A stretch of 64,000 bases of DNA from a bacterium (GCA_963693055.1 OY843751.1:1760001-1824000); one strand, 5' to 3'. Counted from the stretch's first letter, positions 19,625-29,741 are shown. Program-made: numbers and translations. The notes: generated by a model from the sequence alone, not told the origin.

Positions 19625-20988
19625 TCTACCTTGTCTGCGAAATAGAGTTCAAACTGCTTCATCATTTCCTCAGGAGAAATTGAAGTTACCCGACCATTTT
19701 CATATTGCTCTTCAACCCATTCAAATATCTTTGCAACCTGAGGATTTCTCTTGTCTACAGGAGGTAAACCACGTTTTTTAAGTTCACGGTTTACCCAAAA
19801 ACCTACGCCTGCTATTCCGGAACGATTGGTAAGATTTACACCAATTGGCCGATTTAATACTTTATCCGTATCAAAAATGTTATAAATTTCTTCATTTTTA
19901 ATCACACCATCGGCGTGAATTCCTGCCATTGTAACATTAAAGCGTTCACCTACAAAGGGATAGTTGTTGGGTATTACAGTACCTATCTCTTTGAGGTATT
20001 CTGCAATTTCAGTGATAGCGGTAAGATCCATTCCGTTAGTGCCGCCTGTTAGAGAGGCATATTCTACTGCCAGTGCTTCTACCGGAGAGTTACCAGTCCT
20101 TTCACCGAATCCAAGAATTGTACCATTTACTCCTGAAACACCGGACAACCATGCCGTGACTGAATTTGCATGAACTTTATGAAAGTCATTGTGTCCATGC
20201 CATTCGAGGTTCTCTGAGGTGATGCCTACTTCACGCTGTAAAAAGTATGCAATCTTGCGAATAGAGCGCGGAAGTGCTACACCGGGATAGGGGAGTCCGT
20301 AACCCATTGTATCGCATAAGCGGATTTTTATCTTTAATCCCGACTTTGCTGAAAAGTTCATTAATTCTTCTGCAAAGGGAACAACCGTACCCCAGAAATC
20401 GGCACGGGTAATATCTTCAAAATGGCATCTGATGGCTTCCAGACCTGCATCAGCGGCTGCCTGAACAACACCCATAAAAGCATCCAATACCTGGCGACGT
20501 GTTTTTTTAAATTTCATAAAAATGTGATAATCGGATATAGATGTCAACATACCGGTTTCTTTAATGCCCACACTTTTCACAAGTTCAAAATCAGCAGGAT
20601 TAGCGCGAATCCACGAGGTAACCTGTGGAAATTCCAACCCTTTGTTGCGAACTTCTTCAAGAATTTCTCTATCCATTTCCGAATAAATAAAGAACTCGGA
20701 TTGTCGAATTACACCTTTGGGTCCCGAAAGTTTGCTGATAAGATCAAACAGCTTTGATACTTGCTCGGGTGTATAGGGGGGACGCGCCTGTTGTCCGTCT
20801 CTAAAAGTTGTGTCCGTAATCCAGATATCTTTAGCAGGCTTGGCGTCTACTATTTCACCGTCAAATACGGTTTTGGGAATCTCGGAATAGGGAAATATAT
20901 CACGCATCAAGTTTGGTTCTTGAACATCGATCAAAGGATGTTTTTGTTGTTTTGATAAAATTCTCCAGTCAGAATTCACTTCAGCCAT
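19621..20988 (-). CDS. Re-citrate synthase (DRE-TIM/LeuA-like family)
   Basis: IWITDTTFRDGQQ, IRQSEFF, CHFEDITRAD, WHGHNDF, GERTGN, AGIHADG as in clostridial/Syntrophus Re-citrate synthases; no LeuA regulatory domain; AGGAGG SD. Confidence 0.85.
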   Translation of the reverse strand: MAEVNSDWRILSKQQKHPLIDVQEPNLMRDIFPYSEIPKTVFDGEIVDAKPAKDIWITDTTFRDGQQARPPYTPEQVSKLFDLISKLSGPKGVIRQSEFFIYSEMDREILEEVRNKGLEFPQVTSWIRANPADFELVKSVGIKETGMLTSISDYHIFMKFKKTRRQVLDAFMGVVQAAADAGLEAIRCHFEDITRADFWGTVVPFAEELMNFSAKSGLKIKIRLCDTMGYGLPYPGVALPRSIRKIAYFLQREVGITSENLEWHGHNDFHKVHANSVTAWLSGVSGVNGTILGFGERTGNSPVEALAVEYASLTGGTNGMDLTAITEIAEYLKEIGTVIPNNYPFVGERFNVTMAGIHADGVIKNEEIYNIFDTDKVLNRPIGVNLTNRSGIAGVGFWVNRELKKRGLPPVDKRNPQVAKIFEWVEEQYENGRVTSISPEEMMKQFELYFADKVE

Positions 20989-21101
20989 GATCCCTCCTTG
21001 TTTGTATAGTTAAAAAATTTTTACTAAATATACGAAATCCCTATTATTGCCAGTGGATGGCAATTAAAGCCAGGGATTGTCAGAATTGTAAAATTTGAGA
21101 G

Positions 21102-21773
21102 TTACGGTTCTTGAACTTCGGTCAGATATTGTAACGCATCAATAATTTTGCTATTATTGGGGCTGAGTTCGAGACCATGTTTGTATGCGTTAATCGCTTC
21201 AGGAATACGTCTTAGACGGTAATAGACGTTTCCAAGATGATAGTAAACACGTGAATCTTCACTACCAATCTTTAATAACTCTTCAAGATGTTCCAAAGCG
21301 CAGTGGTAGCATTGTTCTTCAATGCAGGATAATGCAGCATGATAATGTGCCATGGGTGAATCTGCTTTTTTCTCAAGCAATGTTTCAAAAGCCTTGCGGG
21401 CTTTGTGATATTTGCCAAGATGCCAGTATGTCATGCCCAACCAGTAATATGCCATTAGCATTTCAGGAGCTAATTCAATTACTTTTTTTAGAGCATTTTT
21501 TGCATCCCAGAGCTTTAGTTGGCGATAATGAGAAACACCTAGATAGTAATATGCGTAGGGGAGTTCCGGATTAACTATAATGGCTTTTTCAAAGACTTCA
21601 ATTGCGGATGAAATCTTGCCTCGTAAATAATAGCCATTTCCCAGCATTAATAAAGATCGTATGTCTTGTTCATCAGTATTGACTGTTTGTTCAAGCTGTT
21701 TCATTAATTCATCCAACTGGGATGAATTCATCATGTCCATCGATTCCGGCAGATTAATATCAGATGTAGTCAT
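21102..21773 (-). CDS. tetratricopeptide repeat protein
   Basis: about five TPR units (LGNGYY, AYYYLGV, AYYWLGM, YYHLGNVYY); GGAG SD favours ATG 21773 over GTG 21806. Confidence 0.85.
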   Translation of the reverse strand: MTTSDINLPESMDMMNSSQLDELMKQLEQTVNTDEQDIRSLLMLGNGYYLRGKISSAIEVFEKAIIVNPELPYAYYYLGVSHYRQLKLWDAKNALKKVIELAPEMLMAYYWLGMTYWHLGKYHKARKAFETLLEKKADSPMAHYHAALSCIEEQCYHCALEHLEELLKIGSEDSRVYYHLGNVYYRLRRIPEAINAYKHGLELSPNNSKIIDALQYLTEVQEP

Positions 21774-21814
21774 ATCGTTATGCTCCCATATATCTTTATA
21801 ATCCACTGCTTAAT

Positions 21815-21843
21815 ATAATAATGTGTTTCTGAATTAATGTCAA
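21815..21843 (-). promoter_or_regulatory. sigma70-type promoter for TPR gene
   Basis: TTGACA-N17-TATTAT on minus strand. Confidence 0.6.
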
Positions 21844-21956
21844 GTACTATTTGTGTTGAAAACAAAATCGATAGTTTTATATTGATTTTTAACAGTCAAA
21901 TGAATACATTTATTGCCAAAATAGTTTAATTTTTTTAAAAATTTACAGGATTATTT

Positions 21957-22508
21957 ATGTTTTATAAAGCTAAATTGTATGTTGTTTTATTTGCGGGAAT
22001 TCTCATGGTTGCAGGGTGTGCATCAACACCAAAGACCGTTGCAGTAGTACCAGATGAAAAAAAAACTAAAGTGGTAATGAATGAAGATTTCAATCCATTA
22101 ACATTAAATGATTACTCTTTACCTGTTGAACAAAAGTCTTCCGTTACAACATACAAGTTGGATCAATTTATGAAAGAGGATAAAGTAGACTCTACTAATT
22201 CCGACGAGATGGTTCCCGGGTATCGGGTTCAGTTAATATCAACCCGATATGAAGCAGAAGCCCGTACAGTTAAATTAGATGCCATGCTTACATTTAGAGA
22301 AAATGTATATGTAATCTTTGATGATCCATATTATAAAATAAGAATAGGGGATTGCTTAACCCGTTTCGATGCAAACATTTTGCAGGAAGAAGCGGCAGAT
22401 AAGAATTTCAATGAGGCCTGGGTAGTTAGAACCAATGTGTTTCGTTCTCCGGTTTTGCAAAGTGAAGAAGGAGAAGATAACGAGGACATGAACATAATCG
22501 TACCCTGA
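21957..22508 (+). CDS. SPOR-domain lipoprotein
   Basis: lipobox VAGC; GYRVQL...PYYKIRIGD...AWVV SPOR pattern. Confidence 0.8.
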   Translation: MFYKAKLYVVLFAGILMVAGCASTPKTVAVVPDEKKTKVVMNEDFNPLTLNDYSLPVEQKSSVTTYKLDQFMKEDKVDSTNSDEMVPGYRVQLISTRYEAEARTVKLDAMLTFRENVYVIFDDPYYKIRIGDCLTRFDANILQEEAADKNFNEAWVVRTNVFRSPVLQSEEGEDNEDMNIIVP

Positions 22509-22550
22509 TCTGAATACATGCATTAAACTACATTCTTTGTTATATTTCCC

Positions 22551-22579
22551 TTGAAATTTGCGAAAAATTTTACTATATT
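22551..22579 (+). promoter_or_regulatory. sigma70-type promoter for yebC-ruv operon
   Basis: TTGAAA-N17-TATATT. Confidence 0.6.
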
Positions 22580-22677
22580 CAAGGTCACGGATTTTCTGTG
22601 TTTAAATTGAATTTATTTGTTAATATGATCGAGTTCCGTGTTATTTTGTTATTGCGGAGAATAAAACAGGAGATTTT

Positions 22678-23427
22678 ATGTCAGGACATTCCAAGTGGAG
22701 CACCATTAAGCGTAAAAAGGGAAAGGCAGATGCTGAGCGCGGCAAGTTGTTTACCCGTCTGATTAAGGAAATTACCATTGCTGCCCGTCACGGCGGTGGA
22801 GATGAAAATGCCAATCCTCGATTGCGTTCTGCCATTCAGGCAGCCAAAGGTGCTAACATGCCATCAGCCAACATTGATAAAGCGATCAAGCGTGGAACCG
22901 GTGAGTTGCCTGGTGTTAATTATGAAGAATTAACATATGAAGGATATGGTCCCGCAGGTGTTGCTGTTTATCTAGATGTGCTGACGGACAATAAGAATAG
23001 AACCGTTGCTGAAATACGGCATTTATTGTCTAAATATGGTGGCAGTTTGGGTGAAAATGGCAGTGTTGCATGGATGTTTTCTAAAAAGGGTGTGATTATA
23101 GTTGATGAAAGTGCAACCACCGAAGATGATTTGATGATGGCTGCTCTTGATGCAGGAGCAGAAGACATTGATCAGGAAGAAGGTGTTTTCCGGGTATCTA
23201 CAGATGTTGCTGCATTGGAAACAGTGAAATCTGCTCTTGAAGAAAATAATATTCCTTATGAAAGTGCAGAAATTACCATGGAACCTGCTAACACTGTTAA
23301 AGTGGAAGGCAAATCAGCCGAGTCTGTATTAAAATTGATGGATGCTTTGGAAGATCACGATGATGTTCAGAATTTGTATTCAAACTTTGATATAGATGAC
23401 AGTGTTATTGAAGCCATGAATTTATAA
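22678..23427 (+). CDS. yebC: YebC/PmpR family protein
   Basis: [25 protein letters not shown]. Confidence 0.96.
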   Translation: MSGHSKWSTIKRKKGKADAERGKLFTRLIKEITIAARHGGGDENANPRLRSAIQAAKGANMPSANIDKAIKRGTGELPGVNYEELTYEGYGPAGVAVYLDVLTDNKNRTVAEIRHLLSKYGGSLGENGSVAWMFSKKGVIIVDESATTEDDLMMAALDAGAEDIDQEEGVFRVSTDVAALETVKSALEENNIPYESAEITMEPANTVKVEGKSAESVLKLMDALEDHDDVQNLYSNFDIDDSVIEAMNL

Positions 23428-23429
23428 AC

Positions 23430-23909
23430 ATGCGAGTAATGGGAATTGACCCAGGAAGTGTGGTAACTGGTTATGGTATAGTTGATTTTGATGAGGAAGT
23501 TCGGCTAGTAGAATACGGATGTATACGGTTAAAAGCAAAGTCTGATTTTACTTGTCGATTAAAAGAGATTTATATTCGCGTTCAGGATCTTTTAAACCAG
23601 TACAACCCTGATTGTGTTGCATTTGAAGATATATTTTATGGCCATAATGTGAAATCAGCGATTCAATTGGGTCATGCACGAGGTGCCGCAGTAGTATCAG
23701 CAGCAATAGCTGAATTACCGGTTTCTTATTACTCACCCCGAGAAGTAAAACAAGCCATTACCGGATTTGGTGGTGCATCAAAGGAGCAAGTGCAAAAGAT
23801 GGTACAAAATATTTTGCAGGTCACTGAAACTATTTCACCTCTTGATGCTTCTGATGCGTTGGGTATTGCAATTTGCCATGCGTTCCGTTACAAAACTGAT
23901 GAATATTGA
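23430..23909 (+). CDS. ruvC: Holliday junction resolvase RuvC
   Basis: GIDPGS, LGHARG, DASDALGIA. Confidence 0.96.
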   Translation: MRVMGIDPGSVVTGYGIVDFDEEVRLVEYGCIRLKAKSDFTCRLKEIYIRVQDLLNQYNPDCVAFEDIFYGHNVKSAIQLGHARGAAVVSAAIAELPVSYYSPREVKQAITGFGGASKEQVQKMVQNILQVTETISPLDASDALGIAICHAFRYKTDEY

Positions 23910-23913
23910 TTCT

Positions 23914-24510
23914 ATGATATCTTATATACAAGGCAAGATAGCTGAAAAGTCACCCGCATATATAGTAATTGACAAGGGAGGAATTGGCATTCATTTGTTA
24001 ATTTCTTTGGCGACTTTTGCATCGCTTGGCGATAAAGGTGAACAGGCGCACCTGGAAACACATTTGCATGTAAAAGAAGATTCTTTGACTCTTTTTGGTT
24101 TTTCCACTCGGGAAGAGCGCGAGTTGTTTTTGCACCTATTATCTGTGAGTGGAGTTGGGCCCAAGTTAGCGATGGGTATTTTGTCTGGTGCAGAAATTGT
24201 CGAGTTGTATCATTATATAGCCGAAGCCGATGAAAATGCACTGGTAAAAATTAAGGGTTTGGGTAAAAAAACAGCACAACGAATAATACTTGATTTGCAA
24301 TCCGTTGCAAAAAAGAAAACTGGAGATTTAGAGTTAGGCAACTCTGCAATTCGTGTTGCGGATATTGGTTTTAAAGATGAAGCTGTTTTAGCATTATCCG
24401 CATTAGGCTATTCAGCAACAGAAGCAGATAAGGCTGTTTCAAAAGCTATCGTTTTGAATCCGGATTGTGAAAATGTTGAAACATTGATCAGAATAGCATT
24501 AAATAGTTAG
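23914..24510 (+). CDS. ruvA: Holliday junction branch migration protein RuvA
   Basis: MISYIQG, VSGVGPK, GLGKKTAQRI; start reassigned to 23914. Confidence 0.95.
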   Translation: MISYIQGKIAEKSPAYIVIDKGGIGIHLLISLATFASLGDKGEQAHLETHLHVKEDSLTLFGFSTREERELFLHLLSVSGVGPKLAMGILSGAEIVELYHYIAEADENALVKIKGLGKKTAQRIILDLQSVAKKKTGDLELGNSAIRVADIGFKDEAVLALSALGYSATEADKAVSKAIVLNPDCENVETLIRIALNS

Positions 24511-24516
24511 GTAGAT

Positions 24517-25545
24517 TTGGATTATAAAGAGCGCCCAACATATCCCGAGCCGTTGACAGGTGAAGGAGATATCGATTTATCACTACGACCATTGTCATTA
24601 CAGGATTTTGTAGGTCAAAGCAAATTGAAATCCAATTTAGAGGTCTTTATTAAAGCTGCAAATGCGCGCAGTGAACCTCTTGATCATGTATTGTTTCATG
24701 GTCCTCCGGGATTGGGCAAAACCACGCTTGCCAATATAATAGCTAACGAGTTGGGGAGCAAGGTTAAGGTTACATCTGGCCCTGCTTTGGAACGACCTGC
24801 TGATTTGGCGGGTATATTGACAAATTTAAAAGAACGGGATGTTTTGTTTATTGATGAGATACATCGTTTAAACCGCGTTATTGAAGAGTATTTGTATCCG
24901 GCGATGGAAGATTTTTCTCTGGATATTATTATAGATAAAGGAGCCAATGCGCGTACTGTTCAGTTGAAACTGCCCAGATTTACCTTAATAGGGGCAACAA
25001 CACGTGCAGGGCTTATAACGTCACCTCTCCGGGCCAGGTTTGGTGTTTCGTTCAGACTTGATTTTTATCAGCCGCTTGATTTGAGCAAAATTGTAAAGCG
25101 TTCTGCAAAGATTTTTGAAATGTCTATTGATAATGATGCGGCATTAGAAATAGCCGGACGCTCTCGCGGCACTCCACGAATTGCTAATCGGTTACTTCGT
25201 CGTGTAAGAGATTTTGCTCAAATTGAAGGTAAAAATATTATTGATATGGAAATTACAAAAGAGGCTTTGTTGCGTCTCGATGTAGATGAAGAGGGCCTAG
25301 ACGACATGGATAAGCGTATTATTCTTTCTGTCATTGATAAATTTAATGGCGGTCCGGTTGGTCTCAGTACACTTGCTGTTGCAATAGGTGAAGAAAGTGA
25401 TACCATAGAAGGTGTATATGAGCCCTATTTAATTCAGAAAGGATTTTTAAACCGAACCCCGCGTGGCAGGACCGCAACAGACATCGCTTATCAACACTTT
25501 AATCGAAAGCGCCGGGATAGCGGTCAACCGGGATTTTTTGATTAA
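24517..25545 (+). CDS. ruvB: Holliday junction helicase RuvB
   Basis: [27 protein letters not shown]; TTG start. Confidence 0.98.
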   Translation: MDYKERPTYPEPLTGEGDIDLSLRPLSLQDFVGQSKLKSNLEVFIKAANARSEPLDHVLFHGPPGLGKTTLANIIANELGSKVKVTSGPALERPADLAGILTNLKERDVLFIDEIHRLNRVIEEYLYPAMEDFSLDIIIDKGANARTVQLKLPRFTLIGATTRAGLITSPLRARFGVSFRLDFYQPLDLSKIVKRSAKIFEMSIDNDAALEIAGRSRGTPRIANRLLRRVRDFAQIEGKNIIDMEITKEALLRLDVDEEGLDDMDKRIILSVIDKFNGGPVGLSTLAVAIGEESDTIEGVYEPYLIQKGFLNRTPRGRTATDIAYQHFNRKRRDSGQPGFFD

Positions 25546-25587
25546 ACAAATGAATTAATTATTAATGTATATGGAGGTGGCCACATA

Positions 25588-26616
25588 ATGAAGCTATCCG
25601 ATTTTAAATACAACCTGCCTGAAAAGCTGATTGCGCAGTACCCGGAAGAAAAACGTGATAAAAGTCGTATGATGGTTGTTGATCGTGAACAAGAATCCTT
25701 TGAGGAACATGTATTTAAAGACATTGTCAGTTATATGGAAGAAGGCGATTGTCTTGTTTTAAACGAAACCAAGGTATTTCCGGCAAGGTTGGAAGGTACA
25801 AAAGACAAAACCGATGCCCGGGTTGAAGTTTTTTTATTGCGTGAATTGGAACAAGGGCTTTGGGAAGTATTGGTTAAACCAGCCAGAAAGGTCCGTGTTG
25901 GAAATCGGTTAAGCATTGGCAAAGAACTCTCTTGCGATGTAATAGATAATACTGTCTCTGGTGGGCGAGTAGTCCGCTTTAATTTTGACGGAGACCTTTA
26001 TAAAGTAGTTGATCAGATTGGCAAGTCTCCTTTGCCCCCATACATTAAACGTGAACCTGAACCCATGGATAAAGACCGCTATCAAACTGTTTATGCTCGT
26101 GTACGAGGAGCTGTTGCTGCTCCCACCGCTGGTTTGCATTTTACCAAAGAGTTGTTGTCTAAAATTGAGAAAAAAGGTGTAAAAATTGTTCCTCTGGTAT
26201 TACATTTAGGCTTGGGAAGTTTCAGACCTGTTGTGGTTGAAGATCTGGGACGCCACAAAATGGACTCGGAGTTTTATGAGATCACCCAGGAAGCTGCCGA
26301 AATGATTAATGAAACCAAAGAGAACAAGAAAAAAGTAATTGCCGTTGGTACCAGTGTTGTGCGTGCATTGGAAACCAGTGTAACATCTGAAGGATGGGCC
26401 AAGGCGAGCAGTGGATGGACAGACAAGTTTATTTATCCCCCTTATGATTTTAAAATTGTTGACAGGCTTGTTACCAACTTTCATTTACCAAACTCTACTT
26501 TATTGATGCTGGTTTCTGCGTTTGGCGGAAGAGATTTGATTTTTAAAGCATACCGAAAAGCTATTCGGGAAAAATTTCGTTTTTACAGCTATGGCGATGC
26601 GATGATGGTTAAATAA
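25588..26616 (+). CDS. queA: S-adenosylmethionine:tRNA ribosyltransferase-isomerase
   Basis: PLPPYI, AAPTAGLHF, TNFHLP, FYSYGDAM. Confidence 0.98.
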   Translation: MKLSDFKYNLPEKLIAQYPEEKRDKSRMMVVDREQESFEEHVFKDIVSYMEEGDCLVLNETKVFPARLEGTKDKTDARVEVFLLRELEQGLWEVLVKPARKVRVGNRLSIGKELSCDVIDNTVSGGRVVRFNFDGDLYKVVDQIGKSPLPPYIKREPEPMDKDRYQTVYARVRGAVAAPTAGLHFTKELLSKIEKKGVKIVPLVLHLGLGSFRPVVVEDLGRHKMDSEFYEITQEAAEMINETKENKKKVIAVGTSVVRALETSVTSEGWAKASSGWTDKFIYPPYDFKIVDRLVTNFHLPNSTLLMLVSAFGGRDLIFKAYRKAIREKFRFYSYGDAMMVK

Positions 26617-26630
26617 TAAAGGTGTGATCA

Positions 26631-27311
26631 TTGTCCAAGATTGCTGCGATTATAGCTGCTGCCGGCTCTGGTACGCGTATTGGTGGGCCTGTGAAGAAGC
26701 AATTTATTTCAATTCATGGAAAACCTCTTCTGCAATATACATTAGAGGTTTTTCAAAATTGTAAAGTGATTGATGAAATTGTTGTGGTAGGCCCAACATT
26801 TGGGTATGAGGAGCTGGAAAATACAATTAAATTCCAGTGGAATATATCAAAATTGCGATCAGTTGTGGCTGGTGGTGATGAACGATATATTTCTGTATTT
26901 AATGGTTTGAATGTAGTCAGTAGTGATGTAGAGTGGATAGCCATTCATGATGGAGTTCGGCCATTTGTAAGTGCAGAAAAAATAATAAATGTAGTTAAAG
27001 CAGCCAAATTGCATGGAGCTGCAATACTCGCAGTTAAGCCCAAAGATACTATAAAAGTGAATCGGGATGGTTTTGTAAAAGATACATTGGACCGGGATTC
27101 ATTGGCGTTGGTGCAAACGCCACAGGTCTTTAGTATTGATCTGTTAAGACGGGCTTATGATAAGGCAGTTGCGGAAAATTTGTTTGGTACTGATGACGCT
27201 TATTTGGTTGAGCAAATTGGTAGCAAGGTCGCTATTGTTGAAGGTGATTATTCGAATATAAAGATCACTTCTCCTGAAGATCTTTTGATTGCAGAAAAAT
27301 TTATAGGTTAA
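26631..27311 (+). CDS. ispD: 2-C-methyl-D-erythritol 4-phosphate cytidylyltransferase
   Basis: [23 protein letters not shown]; TTG start. Confidence 0.96.
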   Translation: MSKIAAIIAAAGSGTRIGGPVKKQFISIHGKPLLQYTLEVFQNCKVIDEIVVVGPTFGYEELENTIKFQWNISKLRSVVAGGDERYISVFNGLNVVSSDVEWIAIHDGVRPFVSAEKIINVVKAAKLHGAAILAVKPKDTIKVNRDGFVKDTLDRDSLALVQTPQVFSIDLLRRAYDKAVAENLFGTDDAYLVEQIGSKVAIVEGDYSNIKITSPEDLLIAEKFIG

Positions 27312-27312
27312 T

Positions 27313-27783
27313 ATGCGTATTGGTCATGGTTATGATGTGCATCGATTGGTGCCAAATCGGGATTTGATTTTGGGAGGTGTTAAAATACCGTTCGAGTTGG
27401 GTCTTTTGGGCCATTCAGATGCTGATGTGTTATGCCATGCTGTTAGTGATGCGTTGTTGGGTGCTGTTGCGCTGGGCGATATTGGAAAACATTTTCCTGA
27501 TACGGATCCCCAATACAAGGGGGCTTCCAGTATTTTGCTGTTAGAGCATGTTGTTGCCCTGTTGAAGAAAAAAGGATTTAGTGTGGGAAATGTGGATGCA
27601 ACTGTTGTTGTTCAACGTCCCAAGCTGGCACCATTTATACAAAAAATGAGAGAAAATCTTGCAAACAGCTTGAAAATTGATATAGCGTATGTTTCTGTCA
27701 AAGCTACTACCACTGAAGGTTTAGGCTTTACTGGAACCGGAGAAGGAATTGCTGTGCATGCTGTTGCTTTGATAAATGAATAG
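27313..27783 (+). CDS. ispF: 2-C-methyl-D-erythritol 2,4-cyclodiphosphate synthase
   Basis: [20 protein letters not shown]. Confidence 0.97.
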   Translation: MRIGHGYDVHRLVPNRDLILGGVKIPFELGLLGHSDADVLCHAVSDALLGAVALGDIGKHFPDTDPQYKGASSILLLEHVVALLKKKGFSVGNVDATVVVQRPKLAPFIQKMRENLANSLKIDIAYVSVKATTTEGLGFTGTGEGIAVHAVALINE

Positions 27784-27797
27784 ACAAAGGTAAGTTT

Positions 27798-29234
27798 ATG
27801 GGATTAAATATTTATAATAGTTTGAGTCGTCAAAAAGAAGAATTTGTCCCAATTCAGGAGGGTCGTGTATCTATGTATGTTTGCGGCCCGACAGTTTATG
27901 ATTATCCCCACATTGGGCATGCAAAGAGTTATGTGTCATTTGATATTGTTGTGCGCTATTTAAGGTACCTTGGATATAATGTAAGATATGTTCAAAATAT
28001 AACAGATGTGGGACATCTGCTGGATTCTGGTGAAGATCGGATATTGAAACGAGCAGAGCGTGAAAAAGTTGAACCCATGGAACTTGTTGAAAAATATACA
28101 CATGCATATTTTCAGGCGATGGATGCATTGAATGTTATGAGGCCCGATATTTCCCCGCATGCTGCCGCTCATATCCCTGAGCAGATAGAGTTTGTTGAAA
28201 AATTGCTGGCAAAGGGATATGCTTACGAGTCGAAAGGGTCTGTTTATTTTGATGTTGATAAATGGCCCAATTATGGAAAGCTTTCGGGGCGAAAAGTAGA
28301 AGATCAACAGGCGGGAGCCAGAGTAGATGTTTTGGATGAAAAAAAGAATCCTGCAGATTTTGCGATCTGGAAAAAGGCTGAACCGGAACATATCATGCAA
28401 TGGAACAGTCCCTGGAGTAGAGGGTATCCCGGTTGGCATTTGGAATGTTCAGCCATGTCAATGAAGTATTTGGGTGAGAGTTTAGATATTCACGGTGGAG
28501 GTATGGAAAATCAGTTTCCACACCATGAATGTGAAATAGCTCAGAGTGAAGCCCTAACCGGTAAGTCATTTGTAAAATATTGGATGCATAACAATATGGT
28601 AATGGTTGATGGTGTAAAAATGAGTAAATCACTGGGCAATTTTACCACTGTATCTGACGCTTTGAGCAAATTTTCTGGCCAGCAAATCAGGTTTTTTGTG
28701 ATGCAGTCTCACTACAGGAGCCCTGTTGATTTTAGTGATATGGCAATTACAGCTGCCGGGCAGGGTCTTGAGAGATTGGTCCAAACCGTTAATAATCTTA
28801 CCAGTATGATAGGGCAGGTTGTTGACGGAGATGCAAGTGATGAAATTAAAGAAATAGCCGCTAAATACCGCAAGCAATTTGAAGCTGATATGAATGATGA
28901 TTTTAATACTCCCAATGCTATTGGCACCTTGTTTGATTTTAGTAAAGAGATAAACAAGCGAGTGCAGGAGGGAACCCTGGAGACAAAGCAGAGTTTAATG
29001 GTACTGAATGAAACATTTAGGGATTTGTCTGAAAATGTTTTAGGTTTGTCTTTTGAAAAAGAAGAGTCGGATGTTGAAGCGGCGCCATTTATAGATTTGT
29101 TGCTTGAGATTAGAAGAGAATTGCGTGAAAAAAAAGAGTGGCAATTGTCTGATCTGATTCGTGATGAGATGCAAAATAGAGGTGTTTTGATTAAGGATGG
29201 TAAAGAAAAGACGTCTTGGAGCGTAAAAAAGTAA
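27798..29234 (+). CDS. cysS: cysteine--tRNA ligase
   Basis: CGPTVY, HIGH, PGWHLECS, KMSKS. Confidence 0.98.
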   Translation: MGLNIYNSLSRQKEEFVPIQEGRVSMYVCGPTVYDYPHIGHAKSYVSFDIVVRYLRYLGYNVRYVQNITDVGHLLDSGEDRILKRAEREKVEPMELVEKYTHAYFQAMDALNVMRPDISPHAAAHIPEQIEFVEKLLAKGYAYESKGSVYFDVDKWPNYGKLSGRKVEDQQAGARVDVLDEKKNPADFAIWKKAEPEHIMQWNSPWSRGYPGWHLECSAMSMKYLGESLDIHGGGMENQFPHHECEIAQSEALTGKSFVKYWMHNNMVMVDGVKMSKSLGNFTTVSDALSKFSGQQIRFFVMQSHYRSPVDFSDMAITAAGQGLERLVQTVNNLTSMIGQVVDGDASDEIKEIAAKYRKQFEADMNDDFNTPNAIGTLFDFSKEINKRVQEGTLETKQSLMVLNETFRDLSENVLGLSFEKEESDVEAAPFIDLLLEIRRELREKKEWQLSDLIRDEMQNRGVLIKDGKEKTSWSVKK

Positions 29235-29262
29235 AAAAAACTCATTAAATTAAAAAAAGTAC

Positions 29263-29290
29263 TTGATTTTTCAATAAAATGTTCTAAATT
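29263..29290 (+). promoter_or_regulatory. probable promoter of tRNA-tuf operon
   Basis: TTGATT-N16-TAAATT preceded by A-tracts. Confidence 0.45.
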
Positions 29291-29320
29291 AAAAGGCTTG
29301 TTAGTTCACGACATTTTGCC

Positions 29321-29393
29321 GCCACCATAGCTCAGCAGGTAGAGCGCCTCACTTGTAATGAGGATGTCGCGGGTTCGATTCCTGCTGGTGGCT
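29321..29393 (+). tRNA. tRNA-Thr(UGU)
   Basis: GCCACCA/TGGTGGC acceptor stem, CCTCA-CT-TGT-AA-TGAGG, GGTTCGATT; no encoded CCA. Confidence 0.96.
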
Positions 29394-29409
29394 CTCAAGT
29401 AACGTGAAC

Positions 29410-29491
29410 GGGGAGGTTCCCGAGCGGTCAAAGGGAACAGACTGTAAATCTGTCGGCGACGCCTTCGGAGGTTCGAATCCTCCCCTCCCCA
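29410..29491 (+). tRNA. tRNA-Tyr(GUA)
   Basis: ACAGA-CT-GTA-AA-TCTGT, long variable arm, GGTTCGAATCC. Confidence 0.96.
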
Positions 29492-29584
29492 CAAAATGAT
29501 CGGACTCGGAATCTCTACAATCAAATGATGCTGAGCCGATCTTTTTTTGTAGCAGTAGGCAGTAGAGAAAAGAGAACGTTTTTG

Positions 29585-29658
29585 GCGGGAGTAACTCAGT
29601 TGGCTAGAGTCACAGCCTTCCAAGCTGTTGGTCGCGGGTTCGAGTCCCGTCTCCCGCT
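29585..29658 (+). tRNA. tRNA-Gly(UCC)
   Basis: GCGGGAG/CTCCCGC acceptor stem, CAGC-CT-TCC-AA-GCTG. Confidence 0.96.
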
Positions 29659-29668
29659 CGCAAGAGTT

Positions 29669-29741
29669 GCCCACGTAGCTCAGTCGGTAGAGCACATCCT
29701 TGGTAAGGATGAGGTCACCAGTTCAATCCTGGTCGTGGGCT
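29669..29741 (+). tRNA. tRNA-Thr(GGU)
   Basis: GCCCACG/CGTGGGC acceptor stem, CATCC-TT-GGT-AA-GGATG. Confidence 0.96.

Noticed and set aside
22586-22640. CACGGA...TCCGTG inverted repeat in the yebC leader
   Set aside because: Only 6 bp with a long AT-rich loop; could be chance.
23767-23913. Long N-terminal extension of RuvA overlapping ruvC
   Set aside because: Artefact of choosing the most upstream start; RuvA begins at MISYIQG.
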